Below, in pieces: positions 23,053 through 33,100 of a DNA stretch of 38,547 nt; the first letter of the stretch is position 1; every line of letters begins with the position of its first letter. This DNA comes from Folioceros fuciformis (taxonomy: Eukaryota): NCBI GenBank assembly GCA_049999805.1, contig JBNGIO010006333.1, positions 1-38,547 on the forward strand, given 5' to 3'. A program made the position numbers and the translations under genes. A model generated the notes under the pieces. The model was not told the origin of the DNA. It made no database searches and saw nothing but the letters and a program-made list of their open reading frames with translations.

Positions 23053-25737
23053 CTACGACTTGTTAAGGGGAGACCAGTCACTCTCATAATATTTGTTCGG
23101 CAACCCCACCCAAAACTTGAAAGCCTCCACTGCTCGACGCCTATCCTTCGATTTGTCCCGCCTTTGCTGCGAAGCATGCTTCCCAGTATAAAGATTGGAA
23201 TACAACTCTATGAACATTCGCTTGTACTTGGCTTTGTTGGCAGGAATCCCGTGCTGTTCAATACATGCCACTACTTCAATGGCTTTCTGGAAAAAACCGG
23301 CTCTCACGCAGGTGTCCACTAAGCAGTTAAGCAACCCTTCGTCTGGCTTCAGGGCCACTGTACCACCGCCAGGCTTGGCCTCGATGCGTTCCTTGATCTC
23401 CTTCCACAACACAAGCACCTCCCCTGATTGATGTAGATCTTTAACAGCGTATCCTCGCACTAGCATATTATACGTAGCGACGGATGGCAATATACCTGCC
23501 TCTTTCATCATCAGGAAAGCCTTCCTCGCTTGGTTCATGTCCCCTGCTCTGCAAAATGCGTCTATATAGGCATTCCAAGCAATGCCATCCACTTTGATTC
23601 GATCGTCTTTCCTCATCTCATCGAATACTTTGGCAGCCAACTTCGGCTGCAAATTTTTCCCAAAAGCAGTCATCAGTGTGGTGTAGCTAATTGCTGACGG
23701 TAAAATTCCAGACTCCCTCATCTTCTGAAACATCTCCAACGCCCGCGCATTGTCATCTGCTTTGATACACCCATTGATCAGAGTATTGTAGGAGACCACA
23801 TCAAGCTGGATGCCCTTTCCTGTCATATCATCCACTAGAGAGAGAGCCTTATCCAGCTGCTGGGAAGTGCAAAATCCCTGTAAAAGAGTATTGTAAGTGA
23901 CAATATTGGCCGGCACCTTCTGGTCAGCCATCTCCTGCAAAACAGTTCGCGCTTCATCCAACATGCCCAACTTAATCAAAGCACTCATAGCTGTTGTGTA
24001 GGTTACTTCGTTCGGGAGACTTCCAGGGTCTCCTCCATTCTGCATTGCAACGAGAACTTGAATGGCATCCTTCAGTCTGCCACTCTGGATATATCCCTTC
24101 ATGAGGGTAGTGTAGGTACGAGCATCAGGTCTAATCTTAACATTTCTAAGCCACTCAAGAGAACTAGTATGAGAATTAGAGAGACCACTTGTGCTGGCGT
24201 GTTCGTCTCCAATAAACCTGCTCCGATCCCCACCGTCTGTCATTGATACATTTGACTGGGACCTGCCCTCCAGATCGTCTGTCAATGACTTCCTCCGTTC
24301 TCCCAAACCTCCATCTGCGTTCCCAGCAGAGTGCAGCACTCTCACCAACCTCTCAGCCTGGTCAATGTCCCCTAGCCCCACTAGGGCAGCCACGACAGAG
24401 TTAAGAGTCGAGACATCCGGCTGGACTCCTGCTTCCACCATTTGCTCCAAAACTTTTTGCAGTTCACCACGTCGCTCTGCTCTAGCGTAAAGCTTTATCA
24501 TGATGTTGAATGTAAGCAAATCCGGAGACAATTTCCGATCAGGAATTTGCTTGAAGATGGCAATGCCCTTGTCCAGAAGCCCTGCTGTTGCACACGCGTT
24601 CAAAGCAGCATTGTAAGCCCCCGTGTCCGGCCTCACAAGGACCAAGTCACCGTAAGGGCGGTGATCTTTTCCCGTAAGCTCGGAGATCTCCTCGAATAGC
24701 TCCAATGCCGTCTTCGAGTCGTCAATGCTCCTTCCAAGCCTGCTAATGACAGCACTCCAGACTTTAACCGGAGGATACAAGCCTCGCTGAAGCATAAACC
24801 TCACAACTCCTAGGGCATAGCGACCTGCCCCTCCCTTGACGGAAGCAACGGCCAGCAGCCCTAATGCATCTTTGTCTAGAACTTCTAATCTATCGATTTG
24901 CTGGAGATCAGCCATTACCTTCTGTGCACGAGTGAGGCTCAGAGACGTCCCCTGGTGACAAAGTTGAGCTACCATTCGACTGAAGCAAGCCCCACCTGGC
25001 ACCAAATCCTTCCGCCTCATTACCTTCAAAGCCTGCCAGGCATCGTCTGTGCGCCTCTCCTTCAGCGCAGTCCAGAGCAAAGACTCGTGGAAAACCAGGT
25101 CCCGCTCTTCAGCCACGAGCTGATTCTCCGACGGAACTGTGTCTAAGGACGCGCCCCCGTCCGACCAAGTCTGCGATGCAGAATAACATGAGAAGCTCAT
25201 GGACGACCTCCAATTCCGCCCCCGCAGCGAGCCGGAGCAAACTTGCTGTCTGGAAAACGCATAGGAGGTGGAAGGCACCTCTCCGGGAAGCCGGTACCCA
25301 AACTGCCAGCTTCCCGAGCAACTATCAGCGGCGCGGCCAGCAAACCTGAGCCGGGCACTCACAGGCAGATGCAGCGGGCGCCAGGATGACACATGCGGAA
25401 TGAGGGAGCCCGACTGCGAGGGTGAGGGCGACATGTCTGGCAACGGGGAGCAGGTGAACATCCTCCTGACCTCCGTTGGCACCCAATCCAAGCCCCTGCA
25501 GCATTGGCCCTTGCATAGGCCTTGCAACATACCACTATGCATTCTCATGTCCTGGAGACAGAATGTGTGGCCTCCCGCATCCCGCGCACGGAGCGATGTG
25601 GAGGTCAAAAGGATCGAAGCATCCCCAGTGTGTTCCAATGTGCGCCACACGGGCGGTGGGTGACCGGGCCACTGCGGATGCCGGTCACCACCCTGTGCAC
25701 ACCAGGTCGGGCACTCGCCGCCCACCGGTAAGGACAT
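23053..25737 (-). CDS. HCF152: P-class pentatricopeptide repeat protein, HCF152-like (plastid RNA processing); intronless ORF of up to 894 aa
   Basis: Tandem PPR motifs (PDTGAYNAALNAC, PDLLTFNIMIKLY, PDARTYTTLMKGY, PNEVTYTTAMSAL, ANIVTYNTLLQGF, DVVSYNTLINGC). The C-terminus KPDEGLL..CVRAGFFQKA..KHASQ..AFKFWVGLPNKYY matches my recollection of Arabidopsis HCF152. The true start may be a downstream Met preceding a Ser/Pro/Arg-rich transit-peptide-like region. Confidence 0.88.
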   Translation of the reverse strand: MSLPVGGECPTWCAQGGDRHPQWPGHPPPVWRTLEHTGDASILLTSTSLRARDAGGHTFCLQDMRMHSGMLQGLCKGQCCRGLDWVPTEVRRMFTCSPLPDMSPSPSQSGSLIPHVSSWRPLHLPVSARLRFAGRAADSCSGSWQFGYRLPGEVPSTSYAFSRQQVCSGSLRGRNWRSSMSFSCYSASQTWSDGGASLDTVPSENQLVAEERDLVFHESLLWTALKERRTDDAWQALKVMRRKDLVPGGACFSRMVAQLCHQGTSLSLTRAQKVMADLQQIDRLEVLDKDALGLLAVASVKGGAGRYALGVVRFMLQRGLYPPVKVWSAVISRLGRSIDDSKTALELFEEISELTGKDHRPYGDLVLVRPDTGAYNAALNACATAGLLDKGIAIFKQIPDRKLSPDLLTFNIMIKLYARAERRGELQKVLEQMVEAGVQPDVSTLNSVVAALVGLGDIDQAERLVRVLHSAGNADGGLGERRKSLTDDLEGRSQSNVSMTDGGDRSRFIGDEHASTSGLSNSHTSSLEWLRNVKIRPDARTYTTLMKGYIQSGRLKDAIQVLVAMQNGGDPGSLPNEVTYTTAMSALIKLGMLDEARTVLQEMADQKVPANIVTYNTLLQGFCTSQQLDKALSLVDDMTGKGIQLDVVSYNTLINGCIKADDNARALEMFQKMRESGILPSAISYTTLMTAFGKNLQPKLAAKVFDEMRKDDRIKVDGIAWNAYIDAFCRAGDMNQARKAFLMMKEAGILPSVATYNMLVRGYAVKDLHQSGEVLVLWKEIKERIEAKPGGGTVALKPDEGLLNCLVDTCVRAGFFQKAIEVVACIEQHGIPANKAKYKRMFIELYSNLYTGKHASQQRRDKSKDRRRAVEAFKFWVGLPNKYYESDWSPLNKS

Positions 25738-26323
25738 TCGACTGCATTGCCCCTGCGACCTGCTTATGAGTTACTGATCCCGTGGCCATGGCATCCACAG
25801 GTAACCTCCTTTTCCATACGAGTTCCTTCACAAAGTTGAAGAGCCATGAAATGGAAGTGTTGCAGACAAGGCACGCTAAGAGGAAACGGGGACCTAAGGT
25901 GGTTTCCCATGGGGCTAAACCCGACCCGGGAGGAGAGCCGGTTGAGCCCTAGTTTTTCCCCGTCAGTGAGATACGTCGTGGCTGGGTGACCGGTGTGGTC
26001 ACCTGGTCATTCAAATTTATCTTCAATTACTAAATAAGGTGGTTAAGGTGTTCATCACATTTGTTCGGGTTTTGGTTCTGGTTGTGATGGTGGCACGGAT
26101 GCTCGAGAGCATCGGCTGGTGAGAGCTACACAAAGCAATGTGGCTAGCAGAGAAGGCACGCTGCTGGCAATATAGGTGGGGCCTGTTTATTCACCTCTCT
26201 TGTATGTGTACCGGGATTAATAAAATCTAGAGGTCTGCGGACATCTTGCTCGCCTTCATGCTCTAATAATTAGGCCATAGGTTCCACATTAATATCAATG
26301 AGCATGTTATGAAGAACACAAGG

Positions 26324-26465
26324 TGGACGTCACAAACTTGCCCATATGAGTGGACGTCACAAACTTGCCCACATGGGTAGTTGGCAACCATTTGAGCCTC
26401 CCGCCCATATCAGTGGACGTCACAAACTTGCCCACATCGGTAGTTGGCAACCATTTGAGCCTCCC
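26324..26465. repeat. Nested tandem array: three TGGACGTCACAAACTTGCCC copies and two GGTAGTTGGCAACCATTTGAGCCTCCCG copies
   Basis: Read directly; resembles subterminal repeats of a DNA transposon (inference). Confidence 0.85.
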
Positions 26466-26592
26466 GATAGAGACAACCCAACATGTACTTAGGGTTTTCA
26501 TAAGTTTTTAGTGGTTGTCACATGTTTTTGTTTTTGACACGTCTTTGTCCCTTTCTCATGTATAATGTTTTTTTAAAGTTTACTGTTCCCAG

Positions 26593-26696
26593 CAAACATG
26601 GCCGCATTCAATATTGAGGAAAGGCGCACAAAGATGTCCCTCACCAAACATGGCCGCATTCAATATTGAGGAAAGGCGCACAAAGATGTCCCTCAC
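26593..26696. repeat. Perfect 52-bp tandem duplication
   Basis: CAAACATGGCCGCATTCAATATTGAGGAAAGGCGCACAAAGATGTCCCTCAC occurs at 26593-26644 and 26645-26696. Confidence 0.95.
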
Positions 26697-27179
26697 CGCT
26701 CACTTTCCTAGATCTCCACACCCCAGCCGTTTACGGTGCTATGTGCATAGCTAAAGGGGATGTCCTCACAACTATTTTGTCCATCTCTATAGCACACCGC
26801 ATTGAGGGCTAAAGCTCAAGGGGATGCCCCTTCGTGCATTCCTGTGTATCACTACACAACTGACTACAAGGAGATCTCTCCTACAGCACGTTCTCCTCAC
26901 ATGTCCACACCGTCAACGTTCCCTACATACAACTACCAGCATTCCCACCTAAAAGGCAAAGACATAGTCTAGGGGGGAATTAAATCCCCATCTTTATTCT
27001 AGAGCCCATGAGGGCAAGCCAAATGTACAAAGTGTTTCACCCAAAACCGTCCATGCCCTTGACCAACTATGTAGACACCTTACTCCTACAGAGAGCAAAG
27101 GACGCAAATACCCCTCAAGCCCATGGAGTGGCCTCCTCCTCCATCCAAGGCTATAGGTAGGCCTCCAAGGGCTCCAATA

Positions 27180-27356
27180 TGCTCTTGCACTCTCCACACA
27201 ACGTTGTCAAGGCTAGGTGCAAGTGGTACATATTAGGGAGGTAGTCCATACCCTCCAAGCCTTTGACATACGCGTTGTCAAGATCAAGGCTAGGTGGAAG
27301 CGGTACATATTAGGGAGGTAGTCCATACTCTCCAAGCCTTTGACATATTCATTGTC
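27180..27356 (-). repeat. ~97-bp tandem repeat array, right (inverted) part
   Basis: On the minus strand it reads GACAATGAATATGTCAAAGGCTTGGAGAGTATGGACTACC..., the same unit as 19271-19469. Confidence 0.9.
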
Positions 27357-27565
27357 TCACATACTATGGTATTTAGTGCAGGTCAATTAAATATATAATT
27401 ACATCTTATCAAGAAAGAACTACTTGTCAAGACAATACATCAAGTTCAACTTAAACTAAACGAAAAGGTATGTCTATTCGTAAAGGGACATAACCCTAGC
27501 CAACAGGTAAGTTGATTCTAACTTAATATGCTAATAACACATTTAACCACCCTTAGGTTTCATCA
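27357..27565 (-). mobile_element. 3' LTR (209 bp) of copia A, now on the minus strand
   Basis: Minus strand reads TGATGAAACC...TATGTGA followed by GACAA; ~93% identical to 19470-19678; lies downstream of a minus-strand RNase H. Confidence 0.92.
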
Positions 27566-27693
27566 CTCCAACTTGTTGAGGCATGTTAAGAATTGTCTCC
27601 CAAAGCTCTCCTTGTGTCAGACTTTTCAGCTCCCGTCTTAAAGGTAGCGCACATGCGACGTTCATTATCCTCCATCTCAAGTCCTCATAAGCT

Positions 27694-28735
27694 ATGGATG
27701 CCGATAGTGTGAAGTCACTTCTAGTGAGGTGTGCCCCACTCATAGCAATTGCCTACATTATTTTTCTTATAGCGCGGCTCATGCTGGAGAGGCTTTTGCA
27801 GCTCCTCACGATGTCGCCTTCCACATATTCCGGGTCTCCTAGGCAGCCTCGATGCTATGCGCGAGACAACCAATGCCTCTTTGCAAAGAGAGCTTGGACA
27901 CTTGTCAGCTCAATCGAAGTTGGACAAGTTGCTGCCGCTCGTGGTGTTGGATTTGCGATGCGCCCAAGAGGACGCCCGCTTGGCAGAGGAAGAAGCGCGA
28001 TGCGGGGAAGGGGGAAGAGCACAACAGCCACTACATCAGCTATGCCCGGTCCTTCACGCCCTGCTGCCCCAGCAATCAAGATTGCTTCCACGAATCCTAG
28101 AACCCTCAAGCTGGAGTGCGAGTACTAGGATCATGAAGTCCAACAGCGGAAACCTTTGATATTTCCAGACACTGAGGATTATCTGGAGGAAACAAAAATT
28201 GTCACCCTTGGCAACATCACTAATCTTGGATCACCTATTTTGTACAGATGCAGCATAAGCAAGTTGGTGATGGAAAGGATATGTGTAAGACTTTGCCACG
28301 AATACCCTCGTCATGTCGTCTGTCATTATCGTAAATGAATTACGTCTATTCTCTTTGTTGCCAATGTTAACCCTGTCGCAGGTTTTTGCCTAACCTCCCA
28401 CTATTTGCTAAAATCATAAAATGTTGGCTTTCATAAGTTTAGAAATCAGGCTACGTGAGGAGGAACGTCTTGGAACTGAGGAGCAAATACGAGAAGAGCA
28501 GCAACTTTCATATGAAGATAGGAAGAAACACAACAGCTCCAGTTCCTCTGAGAGTGCCTCCACCTCTGAAACTCCTAAATCAAAGTCACTTGGATCTGGC
28601 AGTGAAGAAGAATCTTCACAAGAGCCAAGATGGGAATACTTAGATTATGAGAGTGAAGAAAATTCCCCAAAGACTCCAGATTCTATCAACCATGAAGACA
28701 GCGATCACTCCAACTCCAACTTTAGTTGGGATTAG
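27694..28735 (+). pseudogene. Decayed antisense ORF(s) between RNase H and the 3' LTR of copia A; unknown product
   Basis: ORFs 27694-28128 and 28156-28338 are in one frame separated by a single TAG. An acidic Ser-rich ORF follows at 28421-28735. Confidence 0.5.
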
Positions 28736-28769
28736 GCATAGATTGTGGTTGTTTCATGTTACTAGGCAG

Positions 28770-29174
28770 TAGGAAGTCCCCAGACTTCCCCATACCAAGA
28801 CTTTAGACCTGACTTGTGTGCAGATCCCTTCCAAGAGCTTTGGTAAGTATATCAGCTGGGTTATCAGCTGTTGGAATTTATTGCAGTGTGATCTTTCCTG
28901 CTTGCACTAGCTCTAAGATGAAATGGTATTCCACTTCAACGTATTTGGTTCATGAATGAAATACTAGGTTCTTGGCTAAGGCTTATGGATCCTTGGTTAT
29001 CTGTATTGATAACAGTACAGGTTGGTAGACTTATCCTCATTTCTTTAAATAGCAGCTTAAGCCACACAACCTCCTTGGCAGCAGCTGTTAGAACTCGGTA
29101 TTCAGCCTCAATGCTAGACAAAGCTACTGTTGGCTACTTCTTGCTGCTCCAATAGATAGCGCCTCCAGCAAAAT
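28770..29174 (-). mobile_element. Copia A RNase H remnant
   Basis: FAGGAIYWSSKK*PTVALSSIEAEY..AAKEVVWL..DNQGSI..IPTADNPADILTKAL, with stops and a frameshift. Confidence 0.9.
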
Positions 29175-29361
29175 TGTAAAGTTTCATGGATTTACACAAG
29201 AGCTACTCTACTCGATCACATCGAATACACGTTCGAAGACCAACTCTAATATATGTATATATCCATGTCTTGTGAACGGTTGTAACAAAAAATCATCACA
29301 TTTAGGGTTTGTCTTATCTAAGTATAACGCAATGAATAATTGATACTTACTTATCTCAACA
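29175..29361 (-). mobile_element. 3' LTR of copia C (~187 bp)
   Basis: Starts TGTTG directly after the PPT and ends near TTTACA, where RNase H sequence of A resumes. No second copy is present, so the 3' boundary is uncertain by a few bases. Confidence 0.7.
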
Positions 29362-29526
29362 CCCCCTCTCATTGCATATACGATTAAATACCCAAAAAAC
29401 AAAACATGACTTTAGCATGCAGCTAGGGTAACTACATCACGTGCCTGTCTCGTCAGTCTTAGTCCAACCCAGAGACTGTGCTCCAGCTCCTGAAACGGGC
29501 TCACACCACGCGCTCCTTGCTGAGCC

Positions 29527-30172
29527 ATGGCAGGGTCCAGGCGTGAGCCAATCGACCTGTCAGCTGTAGTCCACGCTGAACCTGCTGATGAGCATCACAG
29601 CTCGTCCGGAGTGGAAGCAACGGAGTCTCTGAACAAACCCTTGGAGGTTCTAGAGGAAGCTGTGAAGTCTGCGCCTACTTCTCCTATGCCGCGTGAGTCC
29701 CCTGGCACAGCTGCTCCTCGGCGCCGGCTATGCAAATGTCCTCCTGGAATTGCAGCATGCCTTGTGCACCCCAAGGAGAACGCCCACAGCATGTCTGGCA
29801 GAGGAGCTGCCAAATACTGGTAGAGGTGCTTGAAGGAGGCGTACAAGAGAGAAGACAAGCTGACCCAGGAGGTTGCGAAGCTGAAACTGAACTGAGAAAC
29901 TAAAGGAGGGCTTGGACTATGTCGTGATCCTTGAGACATACAAACCCAGGGAATACCAGCTCCCTGTTGGACATCTCTACAAGAGAAGACATGTGGTGAC
30001 GGACGGTGATGAAGTAAACGATCCCATGACACATGAGGTACACATATGTCCTATATCTAAGGTGACAATGTTTAGGCAGAACTGGTGGCAATGGGGAGGA
30101 CAGGACGGAAACTTTGTATCCTACTACAGTAAGTATGCAGCATGTTTGACATTCCGCTCACTATTGTTGTGA
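29527..30172 (+). pseudogene. Decayed antisense ORF between RNase H and the PPT of copia C; unknown product
   Basis: ORF 29527-29823 reads on past a TAG (RCLKEAYKREDKLTQEVAKLK), then shifts frame into ORF 29912-30172. Confidence 0.5.
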
Positions 30173-33100
30173 CTTGGCTTGGCTGCTAATAAACACTCTG
30201 ACTGTAAACTGTATCTATCCCCCTCTAGCTCTGAGGACTCTGAGGAGTTCTAGGATATATTGAGGCAGACACACATATAGGTAGGAAACAGCTAGGACTG
30301 AAGTTTTGCTCCTACCTTTACCTCTCCTCAGACCACAACTCTTACACTTTGCTGGTGACGCTTGCTTTGTGAAGTGGCCCTAAGACTCCTAAAGCTTTCT
30401 TGAATTGGTGATGCTTGAGTCGTGGTAAGGCCTTGGTAAGAAGACCTGCTGCATTAGAGTCCGTGGGAATATACTCTAGCTTGACTTCTCCAGTCTCTAC
30501 AGCATGCCTGATGAAATGGTGATGAACCTCAATACGTTTCGTACGGGCATGAAAGACTGGGTTCTGTGCAAGAGCCAACGCTGATTGATTATCACAAAAG
30601 ATAACTGTTGGTTGTTTTTGTGGCTGGCCCACGTCGGCAAGTAATCTTCTCAACCATATCGCTTCCTTAGAAGCTTGAGTCAAAGCTGAATACTCAGCCT
30701 CTGTTGACGAGCGAGAGACAGTTGACTGTTTCTTCGAGGACCATGTAACAGCGCCACCTGCTAGCAAAAATACATATGCAGAGACTGACCTTCAAGTATC
30801 TGGGTTCGCAGCCCAGTCAGCATCACAGTAGCCAAGTAAGGTAAGCTCCTCCTTTTCATTTATACGCTGCTGAAAATGAATGCCATGTCCACTTGTTCCC
30901 TTCAAATATCGCAGGATTCTCTTGGTTGCTGACCAATGTGCTTGTCCTCGATCTTACAGAAATTGCGAAACCATGCTAACAGGCAAGGCCACATCCGGAC
31001 GAGTGTGGTTGGAGCAGAAGAGTAAGGAACCAACAGCCTAAGCATAGGGAACAGCATTCATCTCTGCCTTATCTTCATCAGTCTGAGAAGACTGTGTAAT
31101 AGAGAGCTTACATCCAGCCTCAAGGGGAGTAAGAGCTGGCTTTGCTTCTGTCAACTTATATTTATAAAGCATATCATAGATGTATTTCTCCTGGTGCACT
31201 AACAACGTCCCACTGGCAAGATCTCTCAGGAGTTGAGTGCCTAGGCAGTAAGACTACTCACCAATGTCTACCATGTCGAAACGACTTGACAGCAAGCTCT
31301 TCACCCGAGAAATCCCATTCAGGTCGGTGCCCAGTATGATAAATACAATCATCCACATAAAGAGCTAGAATAACAAAGCTGCCCTTGTTGGCTTGTAGAA
31401 AATAGACATTTGTGTCTGCTAAGCTTTGTAGAAAACCTTGGCCTAACAGAAACTCATTGATACATTGATACCAGGCACGCGGACTTTGTTTGAGACCGTA
31501 AATGGTCTTCAGCAACTTACACACCCACTCCTCCTTGCCGGTAAATTCAAACCCCTTTGGTTGCTGCATGAAGATCTCTTCCTCTAGCTTGCCATGTAAA
31601 AAGGCAATTTTTACATCCATCTGGTGGATGTGCAGGCCAAAGAAGGCAGACATAACAAAGAGAACGCGGATAGACTGGGACTTGACAACAGGAGAAAAGG
31701 TCATGGTAGTCTAGGCCGGGTACCTGAGAAAAACCTCGAGCTACTAACCGAGCCTTGTAGCGAGCTATGCTTCCGTCTCCCTTATATTTAAGCTTGAAAA
31801 CCCATTTCGAGGTTATTATTTTCCTCCCCTCAAGCGGCGGGCATAGCTCCCAGGTCTTGTTCTGAATCAAACAGTCGTATTCAGATTGTATAGCAGCTGT
31901 CCAATGCTTGGCGTCAGGTCCAGTAATAGCCTCTTTGTATGTGGCAGGCTCATATCCAGGATTGATCACCAGATGTGCCATATCCACAACCACCTCGTCA
32001 GCACCTGAGCCATGTGGGTGGGGAACCTTTCTGAAGTCCTCACTTCTGTAGGGAGGTTCCCTTCATTCATCAGGAGATCTCCGAATGCGAGTCGAACGAC
32101 GGGGCAAAACAGGCGGAGGAACAGGCATCACATACTCAACCGGGTCGTCAAACCAGTCATCTGGGGCAAGAGGAACTGCTTGGACAAGTTCGTCAGCACC
32201 CAATTGTAAATCAGGAGCTAACTGTTCATCTGGAGCATTTGCTACATCAGGCTGAGCGTTGAAATTTGAATTATTAGTTGTATCAGGGGGCTCAACCGGG
32301 TGATCAAAAGGTAATGGCAAAACGTGATGAGGTAAATTGCCAGGACCAGATTCAGAATCAGAAGGATCAGCATCTGGAAAACTAACTACATCTGTTACAT
32401 CTTCTGCTGTATCAGGATCCTCCCCTGCCCCCTCTAAAGGTGCAAGCTCCACACTCTCATCATCAATAAAATCATCAAACGAATGAGAAGGGACTGAGAG
32501 GACTGCACGCTCGTCAAATGCAACAGTACGTGCATGGATCACCTTCCGAGAGGTAGGTTCAAAGAGCTTATACCCATGTATGCCTGGTGTAAAGCTGATG
32601 AAAATGTGCCTCTTGGACTTAAAAGAAAACTTCTTACGAAGCTGATCAGGTATATGTGCGTATGCAATGCTACCAAACACCCTGAGATGTGACAGATCCG
32701 GCTTACTTCCAGTCCAGGCTTCAAACGGCGTACAACCCTTAAGAGAGGAGACTGCTGACCTATTCTATAAATAGGTGGCTACCTGAACAGCTTCATCCCA
32801 AAAGCGAATTGGCAGCCTCCCTTGGTAAAGTAATGACCTTGCAGCATCTTGTATGGTGCGATGCCTCCGCTCAGCACGCCCATTCATATCAGAATGGTAG
32901 GGAATAGTCAGCTGTCTAGTAATGCCCCTCTTTTGACAAAACTCCTGGAACTCATTTGAAAGGTACTCCCTTCCATTATTAGATCTTATGCACTTGAGTT
33001 TATAGCATGTTTGCCTTTCTGCATAGGCAAGATAGCGTTTGAAACTGTCAAACACTTCGCTCTTCTGTCTCAAAGGCTCTGTAACTGTAAAATGTGACCT

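Noticed and set aside
24130-24330. ~65-aa insertion interrupting the PPR array as a novel domain
   Set aside because: As I recall, HCF152 has a variable low-complexity insert at the same position, so it supports orthology rather than novelty.
26324-26465. CRISPR-like repeat-spacer array
   Set aside because: Only three repeats, the spacers are themselves duplicated and irregular, there are no cas genes, and the context is eukaryotic.
19470-27565. The 209-bp inverted pair as terminal inverted repeats of a Mutator/foldback element carrying the PPR gene
   Set aside because: One copy is followed by a PBS and gag and the other lies downstream of RNase H, so they are LTRs separated by an inversion.
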